Assembly (NCBI GenBank): GCA_030765785.1 | Contig: JAVCCC010000028.1 | Location: 2,826 to 66,825 of the forward strand | Source: Candidatus Aceula lacicola | Lineage (GTDB): Bacteria; Omnitrophota; Gorgyraeia; Zapsychrales; Aceulaceae | Direction of reading: 5' to 3' | Length of the DNA stretch: 64,000 nt | Shown: positions 10,111-21,298 of the stretch, in pieces | Layout: each line of letters starts with the position of its first letter | How positions within the stretch are numbered: position 1 is the stretch's first letter | Notes under the pieces: model-generated | The model's database searches: none | Seen by the model: only the letters and a program-made list of their open reading frames with translations | What the model was told of the DNA's origin: nothing | Program-made: the position numbers and the translations under genes

Positions 10111-11391
10111 TTATTGCTTGGCCTGATAAGAAACCTTTCCCCCACAAATCGTTGTTTCAACACATCCTTTAAGTGTTTTTCCAATAAAAGGTGAGTTCTT
10201 TGATTTTGAAACAATTTCGCTTTTATCAAACACCCAAACTTTATCAGAATCTACAATAACGATGTCTGCATCCTTACCTTCGACAATTTCCCCTTTAGTT
10301 GTTAAGCCAGAAATTCTGGCAGGAGACACTGCCATGCGCTCAACCAATTTTCCCCATGTTAAAATTTTTGTTTCAACAAGCTCTTTAATAGCTAAACCTA
10401 AAGCTGTTTCAAACCCAATCATCCCAACAGGTGCGCGATCAAACTCGAGCTCTTTTTCTTCAGCCGTATGCGGCGCATGATCTGTTGTGATGCAATCAAT
10501 CGTACCATCCTTAAGCCCTTGCTTGATCGCATCAACATCCGCCTGCGTCTTTAAAGGCGGATTAACTTTTGTGTTCGTATCAAACGATTCCACGGCATTT
10601 TCTGTAAGCGAAAAATGATGAGGGCAAGCTTCTGCTGTAACTTCAATGCCCTGCGCTTTCGCAACACGAATAAGCTCAACTGAACGTGCTGAACTAATAT
10701 GAGAAAAATGAATTTTAGTTTTTAGATAGCGCACAAGCTCAATGTCACGTGACACAATAATACTCTCAGAAATATCTGGAATTCCTTTTAAGCCTAAAAA
10801 GGTTGAACAACTTCCTTCGTTCATGACACCCTGGCTTAAGGTTGGGTCCTCGCAATGCTCCATCACAAGAATATTTACCATCTTGGCATATTCGAGCGCG
10901 TGTCGCATTAACTGACCATTAGAAACTGACTTGCCATCGTCGGAGAGGGCAAGACACCCTGCTTCCTTAAGTTCAAAAATATCAGTCAACTCCTCACCAT
11001 TTTGCCCCTTAGTTACAGCGCCAACAGGAATCACATTAACAAGCCCAACCCGCTTGACTTCCTTTAAAATCCCTTCAATAATTTTTGCATTATCAATCAC
11101 AGGCTTTGTATTTGGCATACAAAAAATAGTTGTAAATCCGCCTTTAGCTGCGGACTTCGAACCTGACTCGATCGTCTCCTTATGCTCTTGACCCGGCTCC
11201 CTTAAGTGACAATGAAGATCAATTAATCCCGGCAAAACAAGCTTTCCTTTTGCGTCAATGACTTTATGATCACCCTCAGAAATTTTTGATAAAATCTTTT
11301 CAATGATACCTTTTTCAATCAAGATATCCTGACACTCTTTTGCAATTCCTTTAGAAGTTACAATATTTGCATTTTTTATAAGCAACGCCAT
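10111..11391 (-). CDS. pyrC: Dihydroorotase
   Basis: 426 aa amidohydrolase. LPGLIDLHCHLREPG metal-binding motif. Confidence 0.85.
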   Translation of the reverse strand: MALLIKNANIVTSKGIAKECQDILIEKGIIEKILSKISEGDHKVIDAKGKLVLPGLIDLHCHLREPGQEHKETIESGSKSAAKGGFTTIFCMPNTKPVIDNAKIIEGILKEVKRVGLVNVIPVGAVTKGQNGEELTDIFELKEAGCLALSDDGKSVSNGQLMRHALEYAKMVNILVMEHCEDPTLSQGVMNEGSCSTFLGLKGIPDISESIIVSRDIELVRYLKTKIHFSHISSARSVELIRVAKAQGIEVTAEACPHHFSLTENAVESFDTNTKVNPPLKTQADVDAIKQGLKDGTIDCITTDHAPHTAEEKELEFDRAPVGMIGFETALGLAIKELVETKILTWGKLVERMAVSPARISGLTTKGEIVEGKDADIVIVDSDKVWVFDKSEIVSKSKNSPFIGKTLKGCVETTICGGKVSYQAKQ

Positions 11392-11404
11392 TTTTTGCCT
11401 TTCT

Positions 11405-12888
<1,484 letters not shown>

Positions 12889-12893
12889 TTAGG

Positions 12894-13085
12894 TAAACAA
12901 AAAACCTCAACACGATTTGTGTGTGAGGTTAATTCAGCCAACAAGCTTGTGCTCTTTTGAACTCCACAAATTTTGGCCTCATTTAAAAAACTCACCCCTT
13001 GACTTTTGGGTGAGCATATAGTATTCCCGATATTTTTCATTTTTAACTCCTTGCCAATCTCACAGGATCAGCTTAAAGGTTAAAC
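12894..13085 (-). promoter_or_regulatory. Candidate PyrR-dependent attenuator leader (terminator hairpin + PyrR-binding-like loop)
   Basis: On the minus strand, hairpin CCUCACACACAAAUCGUGUUGAGG (12905-12928) is followed by UUUUUUGUUU and then the pyrR RBS. Further 5' (13047-13085) lies UUUAACCUUUAAGCUGAUCCUGUGAGAUUGGCAAGGAG, which resembles the conserved UCCnGAGAGGCU...AAGG PyrR-binding loop. Confidence 0.4.
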
Positions 13086-13162
13086 TTGTTAAAGCCAAAT
13101 ATAGCATCTCGCTGCTACATTGTCAAGCGGACAAATAAACACCAAAATACAATCAAATGCTG

Positions 13163-15493
13163 TCAATTATGCAAATTCTTATTACTCTTTTTCTTAAAAG
13201 AAAACGCACATAAAAACACACATCCCCCCAAACTAATTAAACTTACACATAAACCAAAATAAAACCAAAAAGGAATAAAGCGAAACTCAATAATATGAAC
13301 TCCTGGCTCTAAAAAAACACCTTTGAACAAATAATTCGCAGGATAAACCTTGGCAGATTTTCCATCTACCCAGGCTTTCCAGCCAGGGTGATAAGCGTCT
13401 AACAAGACCAGAAAACAATCTTTTTCTGCATTGGCTTTTAACGTGACACCATTGGCCCAAGTTTTCTCGATTTTTACTGGGACAATAATTCTTTTTCCAA
13501 AAACATTTACTTCAGGAAGAATATCTTGTGAATCTCTTTCAATAATAACGCGAAAAACAGCTTTCATCGCACTTTCTTTTATTGAATCTAAAATTCTTTC
13601 TTGCCCTTTTTTCTCAAAATCCCAGGCATAAGTCAAATAAGCTCGAGGAACGGTTACGTGTAAAGGCATAATCTGAACCTCTTCATTGTAAACATACCCC
13701 CCAGGATGAATCTTTTGACCAAGAACAATATACTTTACATTGGAAAAGCCTAAGAAATCGCTGCTATTAAAATCTTCCTCATCAACCTCGCCAATCTGCT
13801 CTTCACCTATCTTCTTATAAATCTCAGGATCAATTAATTTATCTACAAACTGAACATAACGATCAGGATAAAGAGATTGATGCCCTCCGAAACTATCCAG
13901 CCCATAGGCCATGGCCGTATTCTTATAAAATGCTAAAAGCTTTCCTTCTGATCTAGAGTAAAATTCTTTTTGCTTATTTTTCAAGAATTCAATATATGGA
14001 ACTGTTGGAAAAGAATCAAATCGTTTAACGCGATATCTCGGATTCAAAATAAAGAGCTCAATAAGCATTAAAACAATTAAGCTTATTGCCGCAATTATTC
14101 CAGCTTGTTTTTTCTGCTTAATCTTCAAAACAAACAAAACAACGCACGCAAAAAATAAAAGAAATAACGAAAATCTAGATACTGCTAAAGCCTGACCGAA
14201 AAACCACTGTTCTCGATAAATCCAAAGATGTCCTGTAATATACGAAGCTAAAACAATTGCGATAACACTAACTTTTTGAAATGATTTTAATGGATTGCTG
14301 AGAAGCTCTTGGCATCCAAAGGCCGCTAGCAAGGCTATTAAAAAAGCAAAGATGTGCGACAAATGCCATGTTAAAAGCATAACATTAAAGATCGGTAAAT
14401 GTCCGATCCATCTCGCATAAGAAAAGCTAAACATAATACCAAAAACAAATATAGCGACTCCTCCTAGAAACCAAACAAGGGACTTTCTTTCTTTTAACCA
14501 AAAACCTAAAATGCTAAGCAAAACAGCAATAACGCCTAAATAGCCCCCCACCCATGTATAGCGAACGCCATCACTAGAAAACCCTTTTGAAAAAAATCCA
14601 GGAACAAGCATAGTAAGAATTTTTACTTTGTGCTCCGAAGCCAATCCTGTCGAACCTGTATGATTTGTCCATGCCCTAAAAAAATCATCTATAAACGGAA
14701 AAAGAACAACCGCAGAAATCCCTATTCCTAAAATGTAAAAACCCAGGAGAGCTAATATTTTCTTTACCTTGTCAGGATTTTTCTTCTTAACATCCTGCCA
14801 AAATAAAAAAAGAATATATAAAGCCATCAAAAAATGTGTTAAAAAAATGTGTTCGACATGTCCAGACAGAACGCTCAACCCAATCGCTAAGCTAAAGAAT
14901 GAACAATGTCTCAAGGAAGGCTTCTCAAAAACTTTATAAGAAACAAGAAATAGCAAAGGAAGCAGCATATCTGCATTAACAGTCCATATCTGACCAACAA
15001 CCATGGGTCCAGTAAACATAAAAATTAACGCTGCCGTAATCCTCGGTAAATAACCAAACCCCCAAACGCTCATGAGCCAATACATCAATAACCCAGCGAT
15101 TAATATTCTGAGAAGAACCACGACGTCAAGACTAACTGTATTCGGAAGAACATAGAATGCAATGTTTAGAGGAAAAAATATTCCCCCTTCCATAACAAGG
15201 CTCATCGGAGTCCCGCAAAGTTGATGAGGATTCCACAATGGGAAAATGCCTTTTTGAAAATTTGTTTTCAAGAATTGAAAAAAGGGTTCTTCGAAAGGAG
15301 CTGTATCGCAAAATACCGATGCACGAAAATCAGAAGCATTTTTTTCCTGTCCATAGGGACCGTAAGGTAACGCCTGCGCATACATCGTCGAAACCTTAAA
15401 AGTTTTTCCTGAGAACACAACATCATAGAAAAGAATCGACATGACAAGCAAAAGAAAAGCCACTGCTAAAAAGACTGATAAGTTCTTTTTCAT
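13163..15493 (-). CDS. Large polytopic membrane protein, YfhO-like (putative membrane glycosyltransferase)
   Basis: 776 aa. More than 12 predicted TM helices in the N-terminal two-thirds plus a C-terminal extracytoplasmic domain. Architecture and size resemble the YfhO family. Confidence 0.4.
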   Translation of the reverse strand: MKKNLSVFLAVAFLLLVMSILFYDVVFSGKTFKVSTMYAQALPYGPYGQEKNASDFRASVFCDTAPFEEPFFQFLKTNFQKGIFPLWNPHQLCGTPMSLVMEGGIFFPLNIAFYVLPNTVSLDVVVLLRILIAGLLMYWLMSVWGFGYLPRITAALIFMFTGPMVVGQIWTVNADMLLPLLFLVSYKVFEKPSLRHCSFFSLAIGLSVLSGHVEHIFLTHFLMALYILFLFWQDVKKKNPDKVKKILALLGFYILGIGISAVVLFPFIDDFFRAWTNHTGSTGLASEHKVKILTMLVPGFFSKGFSSDGVRYTWVGGYLGVIAVLLSILGFWLKERKSLVWFLGGVAIFVFGIMFSFSYARWIGHLPIFNVMLLTWHLSHIFAFLIALLAAFGCQELLSNPLKSFQKVSVIAIVLASYITGHLWIYREQWFFGQALAVSRFSLFLLFFACVVLFVLKIKQKKQAGIIAAISLIVLMLIELFILNPRYRVKRFDSFPTVPYIEFLKNKQKEFYSRSEGKLLAFYKNTAMAYGLDSFGGHQSLYPDRYVQFVDKLIDPEIYKKIGEEQIGEVDEEDFNSSDFLGFSNVKYIVLGQKIHPGGYVYNEEVQIMPLHVTVPRAYLTYAWDFEKKGQERILDSIKESAMKAVFRVIIERDSQDILPEVNVFGKRIIVPVKIEKTWANGVTLKANAEKDCFLVLLDAYHPGWKAWVDGKSAKVYPANYLFKGVFLEPGVHIIEFRFIPFWFYFGLCVSLISLGGCVFLCAFSFKKKSNKNLHN

Positions 15494-15541
15494 ATTCTTA
15501 TTATAAAACGAATTAAAAAAAATTAAATCTATTAAGATATT

Positions 15542-16219
15542 TTAAGACAAATAATTACCATGAGAACCAAGAATGAAAACAAATTCTCCCCTAGGAGTCT
15601 TCTGAGAAAAATACTCAACAAGCTCACTTGCTTTTCCTTGTTTGACTTCCTCAAATTTCTTGGTAAGTTCCCGTGCGCAAACAACGATAGGATCATTTAA
15701 AACATCTTTTATGTCCCCAAGCGTTTTGACGACACGATGTGGTGCCTCATAAAAAAGAATAGTCTTTTTTCCATCCTCAAAAGTCTTAAGCTTTTTCTGA
15801 CGGGCAACAGTCTTAACTGGCAAAAAACCTTCAAAAGTAAAACTGCTTGCAGGCATTCCAGAAACAGTTAAAGCCGCAACAAAAGCCGTTGCCCCAGGAA
15901 TAGCAGTTATCGCAACGTCGTTTTCCTTCGCAAGTTTAATTAAAACATATCCTGGGTCGCTAATGCCTGGCGTTCCAGCATCAGAAATAAGAGCAATATC
16001 TTTTCCCTCTTGAAGCAACTTTAAGAGATAAGAAGATTTTGATAACTTATTATGCTCATAATAACTTGTCAATGGCGTTGTAATTTCGTAAGCATTTAGA
16101 AGAATCTTGCTATGACGGGTATCTTCAGCTGCGATCAAATCAACGCTCTTAAGCGTTTCAATCGCACGCAATGTTATGTCTTTGAGATTTCCAATAGGAG
16201 TTGAAACAATATAAAGCAT
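15542..16219 (-). CDS. rsmI: 16S rRNA (cytidine1402-2'-O)-methyltransferase
   Basis: MLYIVSTPIGNLKDITLRAIETLKSVDLIAAEDTRH is the tetrapyrrole-methylase-type RsmI N-terminus. Confidence 0.8.
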   Translation of the reverse strand: MLYIVSTPIGNLKDITLRAIETLKSVDLIAAEDTRHSKILLNAYEITTPLTSYYEHNKLSKSSYLLKLLQEGKDIALISDAGTPGISDPGYVLIKLAKENDVAITAIPGATAFVAALTVSGMPASSFTFEGFLPVKTVARQKKLKTFEDGKKTILFYEAPHRVVKTLGDIKDVLNDPIVVCARELTKKFEEVKQGKASELVEYFSQKTPRGEFVFILGSHGNYLS

Positions 16220-18051
16220 TATTCAACCGTGACAGATTTAGCCAAATTTCTCGGCTGATCCACATCATTGCCACGTGCAACAGAAATATAATAAGCAATT
16301 AACTGTAGTGGAACAACCGCAACAATGGGCGTGAGCATTTTATATATTGAAGGAATATAAATCACGTTATTGGCATGCTGCTTAATAACATCGTCCCCTT
16401 CGCTTGCGATAGCAATAATTTTTCCTTTACGAGCACGAATTTCTTGAATATTTGAAATCATTTTCTCATATGTATCTGATCTAGGAACAATGCAGACAAC
16501 AGCTCGATACTCATCAATCAACGCAATCGGCCCGTGCTTCATTTCGCCTGCCGCATAGCCTTCGGCAGGGATATAAGAAATTTCTTTTAGTTTAAGCGCT
16601 CCTTCGAGTGCAGAAGGAAAATTAATATTTCGGCCTAGAAATAAAAAACAACCAAAATGAGAATTTGCTTTAGCAACTTTTGCAATCTTTGTCTTCAATT
16701 TTAAAATCTGAGAAACTGCATTCGGTACCTTCTTAAGCCCCCTAACAATATCCTTAACCTTAGAAGGTTTAAGCTTCTTTTTAACCATTCCTAATTTTAC
16801 CGCAAAAAGATATAGCATTCCAAGCTGAGCTGTATAAGCCTTTGTGGATGCAACGCCAATCTCCGGACCTGCATGCGTATACAAAACTCCGTCGGATTCA
16901 CGTGCCAGAGAAGAGCCAACAACATTGCATATCGAAATAACTTTAGCTCCCTTAGCCCTTGCCTCTCGAACAGCCGCTAGAGTATCTGCTGTTTCCCCAG
17001 ACTGACTAATCGCAATCACAAGAGTCTTTTTGTCAATAATCGGTGTCCGATACCTAAACTCACTTGAAACATCAATCAAAACAGGAATACGTGCTAAATC
17101 TTCAATAACATATTTCCCAACGAGACCTGCATGATATGCTGTTCCGCAAGCCACAATCACAATATCTTTTATTTTTTGAAGATCGCCGTCTTTTAACGAG
17201 AGTCCATCTAGAACAATCTTGCTTCCTTTGATCCGGCTTGCAAACATACGCGATAAAACTTTAGGCTGCTCATAAATTTCTTTGAGCATAAAATGTGCAA
17301 ATCCCTCTTTTTGAACGGAATCTAGCTTGAGCGAAACTTGATGAATTTTATAAGAAACTTTTTTTCCAGCTAAATCAAAAATAGAAACACCTTTTCTCGT
17401 CATCTCTGCAATTTCTCCATCTTTGAGATAAACAATTTTACGTGTCTTATCTAAAATTGCAGGAACATCAGAAGCAATAAAGTTTTCTTTTTTCCCAATT
17501 CCAATAATTAAGGGTGATCCTAAGCGGGCGGCAATCAAACGATCTGGGTGATCAGAACTGATAACGCCAAGAGCAAATGAACCTCTAAGCTTGCGCACTG
17601 ATTCTTGAACAGCCTGAAGGAGATTTCCTCTATAAAGAAAAGAAATTAAATGCGCAATAACTTCAGAATCTGTTTCTGATAAAAATTTATAACCCTTTTC
17701 CTTTAAAAAATCTTTAATCTCTTGATAATTTTCAATAATTCCGTTGTGAACAATTAAGAATTTCTTAGATGAGTCAAAATGAGGATGCGCATTTACTTTT
17801 GTCGGCTTGCCATGCGTTGCCCAGCGTGTATGCGAAATTCCTAAAGACCCGGAACCAAGCGGATGATCTTTAAGAAAATTGGAAAGATTTTGAATCTTTC
17901 CTTGTGCTTTGCGAAGATTAATTTTATGATTTTTATCGGCTACAATGCCTATACCACACGAATCATATCCCCGATATTCTAAACGCTTTAGTGCGTTTAA
18001 TAAAATGGGTTGGGCGTTCTTGTCTCCAATATAGCCTACGATTCCGCACAT
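16219..18051 (-). CDS. glmS: Glutamine--fructose-6-phosphate aminotransferase
   Basis: 610 aa. N-terminal MCGIVGY Ntn nucleophile and two SIS domains. Confidence 0.9.
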   Translation of the reverse strand: MCGIVGYIGDKNAQPILLNALKRLEYRGYDSCGIGIVADKNHKINLRKAQGKIQNLSNFLKDHPLGSGSLGISHTRWATHGKPTKVNAHPHFDSSKKFLIVHNGIIENYQEIKDFLKEKGYKFLSETDSEVIAHLISFLYRGNLLQAVQESVRKLRGSFALGVISSDHPDRLIAARLGSPLIIGIGKKENFIASDVPAILDKTRKIVYLKDGEIAEMTRKGVSIFDLAGKKVSYKIHQVSLKLDSVQKEGFAHFMLKEIYEQPKVLSRMFASRIKGSKIVLDGLSLKDGDLQKIKDIVIVACGTAYHAGLVGKYVIEDLARIPVLIDVSSEFRYRTPIIDKKTLVIAISQSGETADTLAAVREARAKGAKVISICNVVGSSLARESDGVLYTHAGPEIGVASTKAYTAQLGMLYLFAVKLGMVKKKLKPSKVKDIVRGLKKVPNAVSQILKLKTKIAKVAKANSHFGCFLFLGRNINFPSALEGALKLKEISYIPAEGYAAGEMKHGPIALIDEYRAVVCIVPRSDTYEKMISNIQEIRARKGKIIAIASEGDDVIKQHANNVIYIPSIYKMLTPIVAVVPLQLIAYYISVARGNDVDQPRNLAKSVTVE

Positions 18052-18069
18052 AATATTATTTCGTTTTAA

Positions 18070-18363
18070 TTATTCTTTAACAGCCTTTTTTGCTGTTTTC
18101 TTTTTTGCTACTTTTTCAACTGAGCGAACATTGACAAAAGTTACAGCCTTTTTGTATGATCCGCTCTTTTTCGTAAAATAAATCTCACCGTCGCAGCTCG
18201 CTGTCAAATGCATACGCCCTGCTACATTAACGCCTGGTTTCCATTTATCCCCTTGACGAGTTAAAACAGTTCCTGCTTTGACTCTAGATCCTCCGGCAAC
18301 CTTGATGCCGCGCGTCTCTTTATAATTAATCTTTGATAAACCGCCAACTTTAGCACACATCAT
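18070..18363 (-). CDS. rpmA: 50S ribosomal protein L27 (with Lys-rich C-terminal extension)
   Basis: KVAGGSRVKAGTVLTRQGDKWKPGVNVAGRMHLTASCDGEIYF aligns with the L27 core. No rplU upstream. Confidence 0.7.
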   Translation of the reverse strand: MMCAKVGGLSKINYKETRGIKVAGGSRVKAGTVLTRQGDKWKPGVNVAGRMHLTASCDGEIYFTKKSGSYKKAVTFVNVRSVEKVAKKKTAKKAVKE

Positions 18364-18391
18364 TTCCTCCTTAATTTCTTCTTAATAAATT

Positions 18392-19153
18392 TTATTTTAA
18401 AATCTGCTCAATTTGATTCTTAAACTCTTGGGCTGTCCGCCCCATTGTTCTCTTTCCATTAACAAAAAACGTAGGCGTTCCCCCAACTTCTGCTTTTCCA
18501 GCAACCGCCATACCTTTTTGAACCATTTGCTCTAATTGCGCATCTTGATCTTTTAATTTCTGAGCAAACTCATCGGCATCAATCCCAAGCTGCCCAGCTA
18601 ACTCTTTATACTTATCTTGACTTAAACCTTTAGCATTCTGAAAAATCAGATCCATCATTTCCCAATATTTTCCATATTGCTTAGCAATTAAAAGCGCTTT
18701 GGTTGCTGGCTTCGCTTCTTTGTGATAAGGAAGCGGGAAACTCATAAAAACATAATTAACATCCTCAGGATACGCATTGACAACATCCATGATAATCGGG
18801 TGAAATTTCTGAGAATAGGGACACTGGAAATCAGAAAATTCTACAACAGTCACTTTTGCTTTTGGATTTCCTTTAACCATCGAACCGCTAATGTCAATAT
18901 CATAAATTTTATTAGGATCTACTTTGGGTCTCGCTCTTTCTTGCCCTTTTGGCTGACGCAAAAGACCTTTACCCGACAATGCTTTTATAATTTGTTTTTG
19001 ATTATCTTCAATAGCAAATAACTTTTGCTCCAATCTCTTTTGATAAATAAAACCCTTTTTATATTCACTCATTTTCAAAGCAAACATTGCCAAAAGAAAA
19101 AGAGCCACTGAGCTAAACAACAATATTTTTTTTAACATTTTCTTCCCTTTCAA
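18392..19153 (-). CDS. DsbA-like thioredoxin-fold protein with single-Cys CPYS motif, membrane-anchored
   Basis: N-terminal TM helix. DsbA-fold region FSDFQCPYSQKF...LPYHK with CPYS in place of CxxC. Confidence 0.55.
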   Translation of the reverse strand: MKGKKMLKKILLFSSVALFLLAMFALKMSEYKKGFIYQKRLEQKLFAIEDNQKQIIKALSGKGLLRQPKGQERARPKVDPNKIYDIDISGSMVKGNPKAKVTVVEFSDFQCPYSQKFHPIIMDVVNAYPEDVNYVFMSFPLPYHKEAKPATKALLIAKQYGKYWEMMDLIFQNAKGLSQDKYKELAGQLGIDADEFAQKLKDQDAQLEQMVQKGMAVAGKAEVGGTPTFFVNGKRTMGRTAQEFKNQIEQILK

Positions 19154-19171
19154 GATATCTATGAGTATTAT

Positions 19172-19335
19172 TTATTGATTTATATTCTCTAAGAGCATCT
19201 CTGCTACTGTATCCCTAGCAAGCTGCTTGACGTCAGTTCTGATTTTCTTTTCCCAAGCATCAAGTCGAATAAAAAAAATAGTGGCAAAAATAGCCATACC
19301 TAAAATTATAATCAAAAACGCTACTGCTTTTTTCA
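19172..19335 (-). CDS. Small (54 aa) single-TM hypothetical protein
   Basis: Manual translation gives MKKAVAFLIIILGMAIFATIFFIRLDAWEKKIRTDVKQLARDTVAEMLLENINQ. It sits in an otherwise empty 270-nt gap. Too short for the ORF track. Confidence 0.25.
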
Positions 19336-19424
19336 TTTTTTCTCCAATTTACTATGATTAGAATGAACAATTTTACCCTATAAAGCCCTGTTTGGCAAAC
19401 AAATTCTATTGACCTTTCAAAGCT

Positions 19425-20267
19425 CTAAAGTGCAATCCTGCCGTAGCGAGAAACGATATATTTAATGTCTTTCCATCGGCGTCCGCTTTTGCATCCAAAA
19501 ATCGCAATAATCAAATCATCTCCCCCATGTTTTGCGTATCCGACAAAACATGATTTTGCCTTTTTTGTATATCCCGTCTTTCCAAAAAGCTTTTGTTTCC
19601 AATCAAAAAAAAGAATTTTATTATGACTTTTTAAGGTCGTTTTTCGTCCTTTCTCTGAATAAATCGTTTTATACTTATATGTAATTGCTTTCTTAAAAAA
19701 AGGATGCTTTAAAGCAGCTCTAAAAATCAAATACATATCATATGCTGTTGTATACTGCGTTCCAGGCTTTGTGGGCAGCCCATTAGAATTCGCAAACTGT
19801 GTGTGCTGACATCCAAGCTGCTTTGCGCGCTTATTCATCATAACGGTGAATTTCTTTTCTGTTCCCGCCATGGCTTCAGCCAAAATGACGCTAGCATCAT
19901 TGGCCGACCTAAGCAAAATTGCAAAAAGAAGATCCGAAACCTTATATCGATCGCCTGGGCGAGCATAAATTTTACTAGGCTCAGGATATGTTGCATTTTT
20001 ACTAACTTTAACCATATGGTTTAAAGGAAGTTTTTCTAGCGCAAGTAACGCTGTCATAACTTTAACCGTGCTTGCCGGCAAAACTTTCTTATGTACATTC
20101 TTGCCGTAAAGTCTTCTAACTTTTGTGCTGTTAGAAAATATGGCTGACTTGGCTGAGACATGATATTTCTTCGCGGCTTCGCTTCTCGCTGACAATCCTA
20201 CGAAGAAAACAGAAAACAATACGAAGCTAACACAAAATATTTTGATCCTTACGAACTTTATCAACAT
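19425..20267 (-). CDS. D-alanyl-D-alanine carboxypeptidase (peptidase S11, PBP5/6-like)
   Basis: Signal peptide, then the SxxK active-site motif (ASTVK) and a downstream SxN (RSAND) motif. Confidence 0.7.
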   Translation of the reverse strand: MLIKFVRIKIFCVSFVLFSVFFVGLSARSEAAKKYHVSAKSAIFSNSTKVRRLYGKNVHKKVLPASTVKVMTALLALEKLPLNHMVKVSKNATYPEPSKIYARPGDRYKVSDLLFAILLRSANDASVILAEAMAGTEKKFTVMMNKRAKQLGCQHTQFANSNGLPTKPGTQYTTAYDMYLIFRAALKHPFFKKAITYKYKTIYSEKGRKTTLKSHNKILFFDWKQKLFGKTGYTKKAKSCFVGYAKHGGDDLIIAIFGCKSGRRWKDIKYIVSRYGRIAL

Positions 20268-20272
20268 AAATT

Positions 20273-21292
20273 TTATTTTGATCGCTGAAATGCTAAAGAA
20301 ATTATTTTCTGAATAAGCTCATTATAATGAATGCCTATTTTTTCAGCCGACTGAGCCACCTCATCGCATCGAGCAATGCAAGGGTTTGCGTTTGGCTCCA
20401 GAATATAAATGCGTCCCGTTTCTGTCACTCGAATATCAAAACGCGCATAACTCTGAATATTTAAAGCCCTATAAGATCGCTTACACGTTTCTTTGATTCG
20501 CTCTTCTAGGTCTCCCGCCAGCTTTCCGATAAAAACACTTTTAATATCCCATTTTTCTCGATATTTGTCATCCCACTTTGCCTTATATGTTGCAATGCGA
20601 GGCTCATCTTCTGACATTTTTCCAAATTTAATTTCTCGAAGTGGCAATGCTTCCAAACGCTTATTTCCAAAAACGCTAACATAAATTTCTCGCCCTTCAA
20701 TATATTCTTCGGCGATAGCATCGGCATTCATGCTTTCATGAATAAATCGAATACGTTCAACAAACGCCTCCTCTTTATCAACGACAGATGCTAACGATAT
20801 CCCTCGAGAGGCCTCTTCACTCAAAGGTTTTATAACCGCTGGGAGCTTTATATTTTTAGGAAGCCAGACCCGATGTTTTCGATAAAATGTATGAAATCGC
20901 GGAACACGAATACGATGAAAACGAATTATTTTTTTTGCTAATGCTTTATCATTACAAATAAAAAGACTCTCTGCGGAAGCCCCGGTATAAGGAACGCCAA
21001 TCATTTCAAAAAGTCCTGCGACATTTTTATCCAACTGAGATTTCTGGTCAAACACCTCCGCCAAATTAAAAATAACGTCTGGAGGAAATTCTTTTACTTC
21101 TTCAAGAAGTATGCCTATGTCATTATAAAGCCCCAGCAATCGAACCTCGTGGCCATTTTCTAAAAGAGCTCGGTAGACATCGTTTTCCGTATACCAATTA
21201 TCCTTGTCTTTAAACTCTTCGACAAAGTCATAGCCTCTTGGTTTTACATAAGGGCTATCAAAAACTAAAAGAACTTTTAATTTCTTTTTCAT
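20273..21292 (-). CDS. ATP-grasp ligase of the D-Ala-D-Ala ligase (Ddl) family, divergent
   Basis: 339 aa. ATP-grasp fold with Ddl-like C-terminus (YILEPNANPC...). N-terminus diverges from canonical Ddl. Confidence 0.55.
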   Translation of the reverse strand: MKKKLKVLLVFDSPYVKPRGYDFVEEFKDKDNWYTENDVYRALLENGHEVRLLGLYNDIGILLEEVKEFPPDVIFNLAEVFDQKSQLDKNVAGLFEMIGVPYTGASAESLFICNDKALAKKIIRFHRIRVPRFHTFYRKHRVWLPKNIKLPAVIKPLSEEASRGISLASVVDKEEAFVERIRFIHESMNADAIAEEYIEGREIYVSVFGNKRLEALPLREIKFGKMSEDEPRIATYKAKWDDKYREKWDIKSVFIGKLAGDLEERIKETCKRSYRALNIQSYARFDIRVTETGRIYILEPNANPCIARCDEVAQSAEKIGIHYNELIQKIISLAFQRSK

Positions 21293-21298
21293 AAAAAT

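Noticed and set aside
9642-10229. Longer 199-aa version of the LOG-like ORF and three overlapping small ORFs
   Set aside because: The 5' extension would overlap the pyrC C-terminus by ~120 nt. The Met at 10107-10109, 1 nt after the pyrC stop, gives a sensible start. The other ORFs are antisense or out of frame.
12903-12930. Possible third member of the CACACG palindrome family at the pyrR leader
   Set aside because: It shares only a CAACACG half-site and has a proper U-tract plus RBS context. It is better explained as the pyr attenuator terminator than as a dispersed repeat copy.
18052-18069. Looked for a glmS ribozyme upstream of glmS
   Set aside because: Only 18 nt separate glmS from rpmA. 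There is no room for the ~200-nt ribozyme, and none of its conserved core was seen.
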